Assembly (NCBI RefSeq): GCF_000143415.4
Contig: NW_003314307.1
Coordinates: forward strand, 816,859-880,858
Reading direction: 5' to 3'
Origin: Selaginella moellendorffii
Taxonomy: Eukaryota; Plantae; Lycopodiophyta
DNA length: 64,000 bases
Shown here: positions 22,310-35,784 of the stretch, in pieces
Numbering within the stretch: position 1 is the stretch's first letter
Layout of the letters: each line of letters opens with the position of its first letter
The notes under the pieces: generated by a model
Told to the model about the DNA's origin: nothing
The model's database searches: none
What the model saw: the letters and a program-made list of their open reading frames with translations, nothing else
Position numbers and translations under genes: made by a program

Positions 22310-25300
22310 TCTATAATAATAAGAACGAAGGGCCTAGACCCCCGCAGCTGTCCAATCACGGGCTCGGAAGCCATGGTTCTCAAGAAGGGGAGGCCACCCC
22401 AAGCCCAGGCCAAGGCCAGTGGCCATGGTTAACGGGAATATTGGCTCAATGTTGTGGCAGCCAATGGGCGGGATGCACATGTGGCCGTGAAAGGAAGAGG
22501 GCGTGGTGACAACTATTATGCCATGCACTCCTAGGGCTCCATGGCTACTCTGCTCAGACAAGGTTGTGTGGGCATTCCCATGAGAGTCTGTGTGTCTGTA
22601 AGCTCCTAGAGGAGGTAATAGGGGTGAGAAGAATGGTAGTTGGGCACACAATCTAGGTTCCTCTCGGGATCAACTCAAGACTGTGAGAGGCAAATTGGCT
22701 CATCTCCAACTCAACAAAGCTTTGATCCCTGTTCACCACTGCCTCAAGAGCTCTATAGCTTTGGCCTACAAGAAAGCAATTATCAAGGACACTCCCTCTT
22801 CATCCCCAGATTCTCTTGAGAAATCCCTTGCTGCTGGGCCTAGTGAGGCATTGTTGTTTCAGCACATGCTTGGGATCAACTCCGTTTGTAGGAACCAGGT
22901 GTTTCGAGTTGATGTAGGGCTGTCGAGTTACTGTGCCAGCCAACACTACTCCTGAAGTTTTGGAAATCTGACATGGCACTAATGTCTAGGTTCTCTCAAA
23001 AGAGAAGGAGAAGGAGAAGGTGCCACCACAGGCATCACCTGGTTTAGCTTCGTTTTTAGATCAAGGTAAGTTGTAAGTTTGGATATCTTTCTATTTTATG
23101 ATGAGATTTTTTTTCTGTCCGATACTGCTTCGGTCAAATCTAAAATTTAGTTCCAGTTTCCGAGATTCCGAGGGCTGGTTTCAACAATGCGTGCTTATGG
23201 GCTTTCTCAGGTGTCTGGGATGCTATGCTAGGTAACCTGATGCTAGCGTAGGAGCAACACTTGGGGCTGCAGCTCAAAATTGCAAAGCTGTGGATTATGA
23301 GGCAGAGATTGGTAAACACAACATTGGAGTTATTACGTTGTTCTTGAGTGTGTTTCGCAAAAGTCTAATATTTCCCTTTCAGATCATTACATAGTTGTGA
23401 ATTTTATATATTTCCAACTGTAGTCTGCATTTCTATTCTGCATAAACTTCTATACAAACTCAATTAAAAATATATATATAAAAGCTTCAAATCTATAATC
23501 AAACTGACGGAAAATGCCTCACCCTTGCCATCTTTTAAAGATTTAGATGCCTCTAAAACTATGATTGATCATGATACACATACTATAGCTGTTCAAAATA
23601 ATCATGATAATGATTCTATACACCATAATATTAAAATTGGAGGTAATATAACTTGGTTATTCTGGCAACACATTGAAGAGTTTTCATCTTTAAAATGCAA
23701 TGCATTACAAAAAATACAAACAAATGATAAACTACCGATATTAAAATTTATAATGTTAAAGTCATTATAAATGCTATGGCTTGCTAGTGTGGTATTCATG
23801 GGTGGGAGTGGTGGATTTAATATTGCTTATAATCATTATTATGATCACCTTTACCATTTGATATTAGACACTACAATAATGCTCTTGCTTTTGCATCTAT
23901 GTCTTCTAATATTGATATTGTAAAAGCTCATGGTCCTTATTACTTTAAAATCCATGGTCAAATATATCATAATATTGTATCAACACATCCTTCTGAAGGT
24001 TAATATAAAACTTATGGACAACTTTATATGCTTGATACTCTAGAAGCTATATATATAAGAAAGCAAAACCCTTTTAATTCAAGATGTAAGACAAACTTAT
24101 TTAAACATCTTGATGCTCTCCTTCATCATGCTCAAGCTTTCAAAATGATGTATGAAATGGAACAAGAAGAAATTTGTTTTGCTACATTTTCAAGTTATCT
24201 TATATATGGTGTTTACATGTTATTAAAAACTGAAGGAACTGATCCATGATGATATAATGCTCCATGGACAAATGATGTTGTTGTTGTGTTTGTTAGTGAT
24301 GATGGAGAACTACCACATAGTCGTGAAATTTGTATATATCCAATTGTAAGCAATTCTATATGTATCTCAACTCTTGATTATAATTGTGATCCTGTGGTTT
24401 ACCCATTAATATTTCATTTTGGTGACAAAGGTTAGCACAAAAATATTTTTAATTCCGGATGTCGAATTAGATTACTCCAATATTATGCATACTATTTATC
24501 TATAAGAGACACAATACACTTTTATTTTGATCAAATTTTACATGCAGGAAAACTCACACAATAATATATAGTTGATGCTTATGTAAAAGTTGAAAGCAAT
24601 AATTTGAATTACTATTGCACTCATCAGATAAAATTGCAAGTTGAAATGTATACTGGTCTTATGGATTATAATGCAAACTGTGCTACTAATGAAAATATAA
24701 ATCCAGAAAAGATTTTTATTTTACCTTCAAGTTTTGGGGGTGGCCCTAAAGCAATGCAACAAAATTATCAAAATGCAATGGCTATAGTTATTCATTTTTT
24801 AAAACCAGATCTTTTCATTACTTTTACATGCAATTCCAAATGGCCACAAATTTCTAAATACTTACATCCAAATGAAGGCCTTGAAGATCATCCACGCTTG
24901 GTTTCTAGAGTATTTCATATCAAGCTTAAAGAATTTTGAATGATATTACTAAAAAATATATTTTTGGAAATTGTATTCCTTTTATATATGTAATTGAATT
25001 TCAAAGGAGAGGCCTTCCACATTGTCACTTTCTAGGGATTTTATCTCATGAAAACAAAATTAAAGACTGTGGTGCTATTAATCAATACATAATGGCACAA
25101 TTGCTTAATCCTCAAGATGAACTTAAAATTTCTAAAATAACTACCTTTAATATGATACATGGTCCATGCAAGCCTCTTTACCCTAATACTCCTTGCATGG
25201 AAAATGGCATTTTCTCAAAAGGTTATCCAAAAAAATTTAATTATGAAACTACTTTTAGTGTTGATAGAAATCTAGATTATTATAGACCTGATAATGGCAA

Positions 25301-27748
25301 CATAATTCTAAAAATTGGGTGCTATATTAATAATTATTGGGTAGTGCGCTATAATAAATAACTTTTAAAAAAATATAATGCTCATATTAATATTGAAATT
25401 TGTGCTACTATAAAAAGTATTAAATATTTATTTCAATATGGTTATGATTGTGCTACAATTGAAATCCATTCGACAACCCAACAACTTAATAATATTTTAA
25501 ATTGGGATGAAATCTCAACTTTTTAAATACACATTATATATCTGCTCCAAAAGCAATATAGAGATTTTTTAAATTTAAAATGCATAACTATTCGACCCCT
25601 ATAATCTGTCTTCCTATCCATCTTTCAAATTTTCAAAACATCTATTTTATAAAGGGTTCTGAACAAATGGCACTTCAAAAAGCTTCTCAAAATGATACAA
25701 TATTGACAAAATGGTTAGAATTAAATATAAATGACCGAAATGCTAGATAATATATATATCTTGATACTGTCCTTTATATTATACATTTAACCTTCATACT
25801 CATAATTGGCAAATTTGACATACAACAAATGTCATGCCCCAAATGTATTATGTGTCTCCATCTAATGTTGAACTATATCATTTACATCTTATTTTACTCT
25901 ATAAAAAAGGTGTTACATCTTTCAAAAATCTCTAAACAATTAACAATATTTATTATGACACATTTCAACAAGTTGTAAATGCAATGGGGCTTATATCTAA
26001 TGATATCGAATGGGAAAAATGTTTAGAAGATGCTTACTTTTTTAAAATGCTATCACAATTAAGACAATTATTTGTATTACTTTGTACCTTTTGCACTCCA
26101 AAAGATCCTTACTTTTTATGGGATAAATTTAAAGACTTCCTTTCTAAGAATTTCATGCAAAAAAATCCAATTTTTCATTATGAATATGCTTTACATGATA
26201 TAAATATTAAAATGAAAATGCATGGCAAAATTAATCAAAATTACCATCTACCTTTCCTGTCTAAAAATTTTGATAATGAAAATAATGTCAACTCAACACA
26301 AATATATCAAAATGTTGAACAAAATATTCCTTGATTTAATCAAGAATAGTTAAATATTTTTAATGATATTCTTAATGTTATTGATCACCCAACTAAGCAT
26401 AATCAATAAATTCTCATTGATGGCCTTGGTAGTATTGGTAAAACATTTTTTCTTAACACTCTTATAAATATTTTACAACTAAAAAAATAAATGTTGTTAG
26501 CATGGCTTGGATAGAAATTGCAAGTACTTTACTTTATAATAGCCAAACTTCACATGCTACTTTTATATTTCTTATTCCAATAAATGAAACATCAACTTTT
26601 ATAACTACTAATAGTGAAGCAGGTATAAGAATCAAAACTATTAACGTATTGTTATGGGATGAAATAAGTATAGTTCACATTGATGCATTCACTGTTGTTG
26701 ATCGAGTGTTGCGAGGCTTAAAAATACATCATTACCTTTTGGTGGCATAATTATTGTCACTAGTGGGGACTTTAAACAGACACTTTCAGTCATTCCACAT
26801 GGACATAGGGCATAAATTGTTTCAAGTTTTATAAGAATGAATAAATTATAAAGATTATTTAGAAAATTATCTTTGAAAACAAATATGTGACTTGTTGAAA
26901 GTGATAAATCATAGGCTGAATGGATTTTCAAAGTTGGAAATGGTGAAAATTTTCAAAATTTACCATCTTTACCTTCTAACTCCATTTTATTACCTCATAT
27001 ACAACTAATTTATTCATTTATTATTGATTTTGTCTACCCTTTAGTACTTGATATTTCAAACCCTATCAAGTCATATTTACCCCACTTAATGATGAATATT
27101 TGCAATCAATAACACTATTGTATCTAAGGTGATACATATATCTACAAAAGTGTTGATTTTGTTGATACTAAACATCTTAAAAAATTTCCAATAGAATTCC
27201 TAAATTTTATCACACCTTTTGGTCTCTCACCATATAAACTCTCTCTCAAACAAGGTGCTATTCTTATCCTCCTAAGGAATATGCCTCCATCAGCAAAACT
27301 ATGCAATGGCATATGTCTCATCTTGAAAAATGCACTACCAAATGTTTTAGACTATGAAATTCTGATGGGGCAATTTAAAAGGACAAGAGTTTTTATCCCA
27401 TGTATCGCACTAATACCATCAAATACAAAAATTCCATTCAAAATGTTCAAAAGACAATTTCTAATTCTTTTAGGTTACTACTTAACAATCCCCAAATGCT
27501 AAGGATAGATATTTGACTGAGTTGGAGTTTACTTGCCCCCCCCCCTAGTTTTCATTCATGGGCAAATTTATGTGGCTTTATCAAGATACACATCACCACA
27601 TGGCATTAGAATCAAAGTTCAAAACATCACACGCCAAGGCCACCTCTTTCCTTAAAATCCTTCTGTTTTTACAATTAACACTGTTTATAAAGAAGTTTTA
27701 TATTAAACCTCTTTATAAACCACCCAGCATTTGCTGGGCAAGTACTCA
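22310..27748 (+). mobile_element. Helitron with decayed RepHel (HUH-Y2 Rep plus PIF1-like helicase)
   Basis: 5' A|TCTATAATAATAAG; 3' hairpin CCCAGCA-TT-TGCTGGG (27723-27738) then CAAGTACTCA. Motifs YNNALAFASM, FKIHGQIYH, ILPSSFGGGP, PDLFITFTCN, IEFQRRGLPHCH, MIHGPC, IDG.G..GKT, WDEIS, GDFKQ, LCNG, HGQIYVALSR over ~23514-27705, with many stops. Confidence 0.95.
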
Positions 27749-28524
27749 TCTATCACAATAAGGAGTTGCTGAAGTTGGGCACACAATCCAGACTCCTTTC
27801 GGGATCAACTTGCTTGCAAGCGGTGCATGAGCAGCACCACAGTCAGGGCTGGTGAGGGAGTGCACCATAAATGAAGAGCTGGGCTATGCTTGGGTGGAGC
27901 TGACTGGCACCATGGTAGCAGGTGTGGGTGATGCAAGGTATGCGAGTGACCAGATGGTGTGTGCAACCTGAAGGCGTCAAAGGAGTACTTTGAGCTGTCA
28001 AAGGAGGGGAAGCTGAAGAAGCTGAAATACACTGCCAGTGATCCTCCAGCATCCGCCCAAAGAGATTGAGAGCCGAGGCTACATCTCCTTGGTGGGAGTA
28101 GCTGGAGATGATTGCGTTCCAAGTTACAGCGTCACATCCTGTGCTGGCCACTGAGTTGAAAACTTCACAAGCTTCCACCATGCAGCCACACTGTCCGTAG
28201 AAGCCAAGAAGAGAGTTCACAACAACCACCTCGGCTTCCATCTCGGCATGACAGATCTGCTGGTGGATGGCACTTCCAGTCTCCAGAGCCTTGGAGCTCC
28301 CACAGGCCTGGAGCGCAGTGGTGTAAGTTGGAGCATCAGGTACAAGGCCTTGGACTTGCTGCATCTGCAAGAAGAGATCCAGTGCAGCTGGTGCTTGCTC
28401 CGCCTGGATGTATCCGAGCATCAGTGTTGTCCACGAGACAACATCGTGCCTCTCCATCCAGTCAAAAACTCTCCACACATCCACCTCTTTGTAAACCACC
28501 CAGCATTTGCTAGGCAAGTACTTG
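27749..28524 (+). mobile_element. Non-autonomous mini-Helitron, head-to-tail with the RepHel element, carrying a captured PPR fragment
   Basis: Starts TCTATCACAATAAG; ~27773-27810 matches 22638-22675 of the large element; the last ~41 nt repeat the large element's 3' end (hairpin 28499-28514, CTTG|T). Host B block resumes TATTCAAATAT. Confidence 0.85.
28040..28485 (-). pseudogene. Captured PLS-class PPR fragment (about 4 motifs, open frame)
   Basis: RVFDWMERHDVVSWTTLMLGY..ALDLFLQMQ..GLVPDAPTYTTALQACG..IH..VVVVNSLLGFYGQCG.M.EA.EVF..DAVTWNAIISSYSHQG. Confidence 0.9.
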
Positions 28525-28759
28525 TATTCAAATATAGATTCTAGGATATTTTAATAACTAATAGTTGTTGTTCATTTATATTAATATTTTTATTTATAAT
28601 TTATAATCTTCACTAAACACTTTCTAGTATATTCTTGTTTATTCTACTATTGATATGGAATAATATTAATCTTGACTCCTATGTTTATAACCATTGATCA
28701 ATTAAAATACTCAATGAATGATACTAACTATTGTCTCTCATATTTTTTATCCTTCACCA

Positions 28760-29340
28760 TGGTGTGCCAGCTAAGACCCTTTTGCGTCTTTTCAGGTACC
28801 ATGGGTTTCATGGACGGCTCCATCAACCTTGCATTCCTTGCAAAGTTTACCAACCTCCCAAGAAAAGCTTTTCTCTCATTGAGCAAGCATGCTGAGTAGT
28901 GGATTCCATCCAGATTTCTCTCCCAGATCTGTGAGTGGAGCCTCTTCTCTGCTAAGTCGCTGTGTGCCTTGAGCGCCACCATGAAAGTCTGAGCGTTTGG
29001 CTGGCTGGCTTGCTCATAGCACTCAAGAGTAAAGGTTGTTCTCAGCATATCCCAGGAAACGATGTTTTGCTGCTCCATGCAAAGTCTCAGCGTTTGGAGG
29101 CAGGCCAGCTTCTCGTTGCATCTGATAGAAGACGTGCTGTTCGTGTTCCAGGCAACCAACGTCATGTTTATTTGTCCTCCTGAACACTTCTGATGCTTCC
29201 ACATGTCCACGAGGCTGCTTGCGACGAATGCATCGGCTTTGTATTCACAATTTGCGAGGTAGACCAACCTATCCTGTTCTTCGTCCTATCCTGTTGAACA
29301 ACCTGTGTTGCAAGCCGCAGTGTAGACTTTGACCATACTT
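28760..29340 (-). pseudogene. PPR fragment (unit paralog)
   Basis: ADAFVASSLVDMW..TLVAWNT..QPNAQTFMVALKA; deletion at ~29420 joins it to an A block. Confidence 0.7.
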
Positions 29341-29419
29341 TCACAATTGCACTTGCTTGATTCCCAGCTTGACTCTGGAGAAACTTATCTGGCTGCTATG
29401 CCCTGCACTGCTTCTTCTC

Positions 29420-30660
29420 AAATTTAAAGTTTGCTTCAACTAAAGCCCAAAGCTCCAAATTCATCAATTTCACCCCTTCTTCAACTAATTAAATACATAG
29501 TATATATTTTACTTTCTGGATAATTAACACTACATAGACTATGTGAGCAGAATTTCTATAGGACATAACAACATGAATAATCACAATATTGTGGAGGATT
29601 GCCATATTGTTGTTATCTACAAAAACAATCAAATGGAGTGTGTAAAGTTCATATAGTAATTTGCTTACTATATAATATTCCTCCAATCCAAGTAAAACAT
29701 TTGATTGTAGAACTTACTTTAAGTCGATATCTAACTCACTAATTTCTATGAATCTTTCTTAATTTGACTTGGAAGCACCTAGGCTCTTCATTGCTCAAAA
29801 GCATTGGTCCTCTTTGTTCTATAGTTATATACTTATATTTGAGATAGTGCAAATGTGTTTGTTGTATGGGCTCACTTACTCATTCCTTTCTTTTGATAGT
29901 TTCAAGGTTCTCAATTGGTTTTACTGCAAATTAAATTCTAAAATCATATAAAGTTGATTTCATCACTTTTATTACTTTGTGACCAAGAGGTTGTGTCAAT
30001 GTTGTAGTAGATAAACATTCCACCAAACCCTCAAAATTATGTTGATTTTTTTTATAACTTAGCTTTTTATATAAAAGTGTATAAAGGTCTATTGTAGCAT
30101 AGAGATGACCAAGTCATTGTAGCATGTTTTATTTGAAAATATGCATTTAGCGCAATTTGTTTTTGATAGCCATATCATATGGTAAATTTCAATAAGATTT
30201 ATTGTTAACACTTCGTAGCAGGTATTTCAAAAATCATTGAATAAAGAAAGCAAATTAGTAAAGAGATCAATATGAGTACTTCCTTATTTGAGAAATAACT
30301 AAAGTCCTTAAATGTGAAAAACATATAAACCACTATATCAGTGAAGTCTGTAGTTGTAAAATTGCATTTTTTATAAACATTACCTCCAACCCACTATAAA
30401 CGTATAAACTTGTAGTACTTATTTGCATCTTGTAAAGTGTTTATACATTTTAAACTCTAGCAAAACCACTTGTGGTTAACTTAAATATATTAACCTGTGC
30501 GTTCATATAAACTTTATTCCTAATGGAAAAGGCAACTCTTTTTCATTTGACTGAAACTTTGTTTATATCACCATTATAGACAATTCTAACACCTTATCAA
30601 TTTGTTTATGCTTTGTTACTCATGAAACCATAAAACATTGATGGTGTTGAAAATCCTAAT
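29420..30660 (-). pseudogene. Decayed MULE-like transposase, subtype A
   Basis: FYGFMSNKA*TN**GVRIVYNGD, SCLFH*, TINLIEIYHMIWL, LVEEGVKLMNLELWALVEANFK; SWIM remnant also at ~31020-31320. Confidence 0.68.
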
Positions 30661-32539
30661 CCAACTTAATATATATTATTTAGTAGTGTTTAAAAAAGAA
30701 CTTAAAATGGCATCTCTTTCAAATAGTTATATTTTCTAATATAAGGAGCTAGTAAATAGTGAGCCAAGGGAGTTGACAAAAATATTTTTATACACTAAAG
30801 AATATTTTATTAAGGTTTTAGCTGCAAACAGTTTTATTAATAAGATATTTTAAATAAACTTAATAATTTAAATAATATTTACATCTGTTTAACTTACCAC
30901 CATCTAATCTTTGTGGCAGAGGTTTTGGGTTATCACCTAATTTAGAGAGTAATTTGTTAATTTAATATTCAATAATTAGTATTTATACTAATTGTTTAAG
31001 TTATTTATTACAATACCAATATCTATATTTTTCACCTTATGTTCAAACATTATAATGAATCCAAACTTTAACATTTAGATCCATAATATGCAAAGGATGA
31101 AAGACTTTCAAAGTTTAATGTTAAAAAAAGTATATGCAATTGCAACTTGGGAATTAGTTGATTGTGATGTTGTGAAAATTCCCATTTACAATATCACTTT
31201 CTTAACTGAAAACTATATACTTGTGATTATGGTATTGTTGATTGACGTTTGTATTTACTTTTTAACTATATTGCCTTTGAATATATTGTCTTTGCTTTCT
31301 TTGACCAAGTATTTGTAATATTCATATGTTTGTTATTTCTCTTCTACTAATACAAAATCAGAAAAGACTTAAATAACTTGAATTTTAATTATGAAGTTTG
31401 TATATTTGTACAAGGAATTGTTGAAACAAAACGTTGGAAAAATGCAAGTCCCAAGTTTTTATATCGGTTTAATTATATAAGTTTGGGAAAAGAAATCTAT
31501 ATATTAATGAGTACATGAGTTAATGAAATAGGTCTGTGAATAAGCTTGTGTAAGTTTAAGTGACCAAACACCATAGATCTACAATTGAACTTGAAGTGGT
31601 ACTGAATAAACTTTGAATATGCTTGGATAATCTACTATCTAATGGTTGTTGTTCATTTAGATTAATCTATTTTTTATAATTTGTGAACATGTTTATAATT
31701 TATAAAATATCAAAAAACAAACTTTCTAGTATATTCTTTTCTATTCCACTATTTATTATTAAATTCTTGGTTTATAAATTATAAATATTTTTAACATTAT
31801 TTCTCAATTAAATTATTACTACTATCAAGTAAACCAAGCAAATTATTTATGAGATAAGTATTTTCTCAAATATTTTTATCTCTTCACCATAAGATCCTTT
31901 TGCTTGTTTTCAGGTACCATATTAGTTTGGGTTTCATTGACAGCTCCATCAACCTTGCATCACACTCTTTCCTCACAAAGCTTACCAACAAGCTCCTGAG
32001 AAAAGCTTTTCTCTGATTTTGATTAAGTGTTTTGGATCCATGAGATTAGAGCATATGCCTTCAGTGATACAATGGAGTTCCCTCATTCTGACACAACACT
32101 CCTAGTTCTCAAGCAACTCCCAAGCACTTAAATGAAAAGTAACCTTCCTTAATAGCCTCTCCACAATAAAATTTTATGTCCATTCCCTGATGAAAAAGTT
32201 AAAGAAGAAGATACTTACCATGTGTAAGGAGATAACTCCACAGCTTTTCATTGCCAAGCTTCAGTTTCCTCAAAACAGCTTGAAGATAGGGATTTTAAAC
32301 TAGCTTGACAGAATTGCATAAACGAAGTACCTTGTGAAGGCTATAAGACGAAACAAAAAAGCTATGAACTAATGAAAACACTATAGTACCTATGACCATC
32401 ATGCTTCGTAGGGCACTCTCCAGTTACTCCAAATGAGTAGTGCAAGAAGAAGTGTGTCATTGTGACAGTGACGCCAGAGTACTTCTGAACTTGGGGTAGA
32501 AAACTTCTCGAGCGGCAGGCATGTCTCCACTCTGAGCAA

Positions 32540-32850
32540 GTAGTGGATTCCGTCCAGATTTCTCTCCCGGATCTGCGAGTGGAGCCTCTTCTCTGCTAAG
32601 TCGCCACGTGCCTTGAGCGCCACCATGAAAAGTCTGAGCATTTGGCTGCCGGTTTGCTCGTAGCACTAAAGAGCAAAGGTTGTTCTCAGCATATCCCAGG
32701 AAACGATGTCTTGCTGCTCCATGCAAAGTCTCGGCGTTTGGAGGCAGGCCAGCTTCTCGTTGCATATGATAGAAGACGTGCTGTCCCATGATGATCATGT
32801 TCCAGGCAACCAACGTCGTGTTTCTTTGTCCTCCTGAACACTTCTGATGG
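32540..32850 (-). pseudogene. PPR fragment (variant 2)
   Basis: TLVAWNMIIMGQHVFYHMQREAGLPPNAET..QPNAQTF. Confidence 0.65.
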
Positions 32851-32973
32851 TTCTTTGTCACTTCTGGCTGTTTTGATGGTCTCACGGTGCAACATCCATC
32901 CATAGCTCCCCCAGAGGTCAACACCAGTAAAATCGCTCAAAACACATGGAACGATCCAATAATCAAACATATT

Positions 32974-33046
32974 TGGAGATGCTGGGTATCGATCCCGGTG
33001 CCTCTCGCATGCTAAGCAAACGCTCTACCAGCTGAGCTACATCCCC
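32974..33046 (-). tRNA. tRNA-Ala(AGC), near-intact
   Basis: GGGGATGTAGCTCAGCTGGTAGAGCGTTTGCTTAGCATGCGAGAGGCACCGGGATCGATACCCAGCATCTCCA; G3:U70 pair; two G:U in the anticodon stem and one C.A in the T stem. Function uncertain. Confidence 0.75.
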
Positions 33047-33300
33047 TTAGCAAAGAAAGCACCATTCGAATACTCATCCTTGGAGATTCTGGCATCTTTT
33101 GTTGCATTTTAAGAGCCTTTTGAGTGATGAGCTTTGGAAAGACCACCATCTCCAGCAGGTTTCTATAGGCAAGCATCTGCATCTGCAGGCAACCATGAAG
33201 AATGTTACTAGTGCTTATAATAATAGTATTAGTATTCACAAGAGGACGAAAAGAGAGTGTTATTCAAGAGGATGAGTAAAGCAATTGGTAAAACCAACAC

Positions 33301-33514
33301 GAAACTTGGTAGGTTCTTGCTCTATTTTCCAGTCCATGTTCCGAGCCAGCTGTGCAATAACTTCCAAGTCTGGTAGTTGACCCTTGTATGTGATCTTCAC
33401 TGTCTGTGAGCAAGAGCCTGCTGTCTTCTTGCTCTGCAACTTAATCTCCTTGAAGATTGTTTGTACACAATCTTCCATGTGACAACGCATGCACTGTGCT
33501 GAGTTACATGTCAC
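33301..33514 (-). other. HMA-like fragment paralog
   Basis: Same peptide as 11852-12067. Confidence 0.4.
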
Positions 33515-34263
33515 TGCCAGTGTTGGCAGGACACTTTGAGGAGAATCCTAGAGTCCCATTGCTGTGCGAACCATGAGTGTGAGCTTCCAGCTGTTTCTTC
33601 TCAGTCGGAGGATCGTCCACCACAACTTCGATCTGCCACCTGGGATCCTGAAAGATCACATTACTGCGCTGCTTCCTTCGAGATAACATCCATCGCACGA
33701 GCAAAAAGCACGCGAGCAGCACCAAGATCGCAACCAAAACCCAGAGAAGAAACTGGAGCAGCGACCACGGCGTCCTCCGAACCACTGTAACTACTGCTGC
33801 GGGTGTTGGTGTGGCCACTGCTGCGTCGTGACCGTCGCGACGACGATGGTGGTGGTGGTGGTGGTGGTGGTGGTTGTGGCGTCCTCCATGGTGGTGACCA
33901 TGGTGATGGTGGTGAACAACCAGAGGAGCTCCATCACCGTGATGATGATGGTACACTGCTGCTGCTGGAGCTGGATGGTGGTGGCGAGCATGATCGAGGA
34001 TAGCAGGCGCTGGAGCTAGATGAGCAGGGTAGCTGTGAGCAGGGTGAACGAAAGCAGCTGGCGCTGGGGCTCGATCTGGAGCGTCACCTTGAAGAACTAG
34101 AGCTAAAGCTGGCGCTGGCTCGTGGCCTTGGTGTCCATGGTGGTGTGCTGGATGTGCTGGAGCTAGAGCTGGAGCATGGGTGTGAAGCTCGGTGATGGCC
34201 GCCATGCCAAGGCGCTTGAGCTCGGCGGGCAAGCATTGGGGCGGCGTGAGCGCTAGAGACCAT
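33504..34263 (-). pseudogene. His-rich membrane protein, copy 3 (1-nt frameshift near 34175 relative to the conserved ATG)
   Basis: ATG at 34263 is out of frame with the body; the rest is open to the stop at 33504. Confidence 0.75.
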
Positions 34264-34611
34264 AGCTTACCTGACGAGAGCTTCGACAATAGAAAAATCC
34301 GAGTGAGAAAGATTATAACCTATGGATTGTCAGCAAGGGTGCCATCGGGCTTGAGCATGCCAAAGAGCCCAAACCTAGATGTGAATAGCGATTTAATCTC
34401 ATAATCACAAAATGCTCTAGGTATTTCCAAAAGAGAAAACAACTTTAATTTGATGACAACTCCTTTTTAGGCTCAATCCTAATGTAGTGAACGAAACTTT
34501 TTTACTTGCTTTTCAAACCTCTGAAAACTTGGCACTTGGAGCTCATGGAAACACAAGCCATCAGCGTGCACAAACTACTTCCTTTTGAAAAAAAGTGGGA
34601 AAAAGAAACAA

Positions 34612-34787
34612 AAATAAATGTCTATCCATTGCTGTTTTGATGGTCTCACAGTGCAACATCCATCCATAGCTCCCCCAAAGGTCAACACCAGTAAAATCGA
34701 AATAAATGTCTATCCATTGCTGTTTTGATGGTCTCATAGTGCAACATCCATCCATAGCTCCCGCAAAGGTCAACACCAGTAAAATCG
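34612..34787. repeat. Local tandem duplication (~88 bp x2)
   Basis: AAATAAATGTCTATCC...CCAGTAAAATCG occurs twice. Confidence 0.9.
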
Positions 34788-34825
34788 CTCAAAACACCTG
34801 GAACAATCAAATAATCAAACATATT

Positions 34826-34890
34826 TAGAGATGCTGGGTATCGATCCCAGTGCCTCTCGCATGCTAAGGAAGCACTCTACCATCTTCCCC
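34826..34890 (-). pseudogene. tRNA-Ala with 8-nt deletion near the 5' end
   Basis: Same context as the other copies; GAGCTACA missing. Confidence 0.8.
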
Positions 34891-35784
34891 TTAGCAAAGA
34901 AACAAAAATGCTAATCTTTCCTCTTCACCATTCTAATACTCATCCTTGTAGATTCTGGCATCTTTTGTTGCATTTCAAGAGCCTTCTGAGTGATGAGCTT
35001 TGGAAAGACCACCATCTCCAGCAGGTTTCTATAGGAAAGCATCTGCATCTGCAGGCAACCATGAAGAATGTTACTAATGCTTATATAATAGTAATAGTAT
35101 TCACAAGGGAGGACGAAAAGAGAGTGTTATTCAAGAGTATGAGTAAAGCAATTGGTAGAACCAACACAATATAAATCAATTATATGATCTTCAGTAGCAA
35201 TCAAATTGTATAAACACTAATATTATTTGGTATTTTGGTTTGCTAGTAAACATATTTAGCTACATAATTGTATAGCTAAAAGTCTTTTAAAATGAGTAAC
35301 TTTTTTTTCTTACAAAATTTCAAAATTGGAAACGTCACCTTTACATTCTTTCAAAGTTTAAATGCATTTGCTTTTGGTCTCTCATAGTCTCTGAACAAAC
35401 AAATAGAGATATTGGGCACACTTGATCAATTCAAAAAAACTAATTATTAAAAGCTTACTACAAGATGGATTTTGTTTCAAGGTGGCCTCTCTCCATTCCT
35501 TGTATTCTAAGCATGTTGTCCCACCTGGATCTTGTATAAAAACCAAACTAATGCCTTTAGAACTTGTAAGTTTGTAACAAGGAAATAAATGTCCCCTATT
35601 GACCTCAAGAATGTACAACTTAATGTACTTTCAAGTGGATCTGCTAATAAAGAGAGCCAAGTCAACAAAAAAGTCATTAAGAATATTTTAAAAATATTTT
35701 GGTACACTAAAGAATATTTTCTTAATGTTTTAGTGGCAAACAGGTATTTTAAACAAAATAGTAATCTAAATAATATCTAGATCT

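Noticed and set aside
31088-31318. Hydrophobic 76-aa ORF MQRMKDFQ..., repeated at 47156
   Set aside because: It is the exact antisense frame of the SWIM remnant (FPSCNC); conservation reflects duplication.
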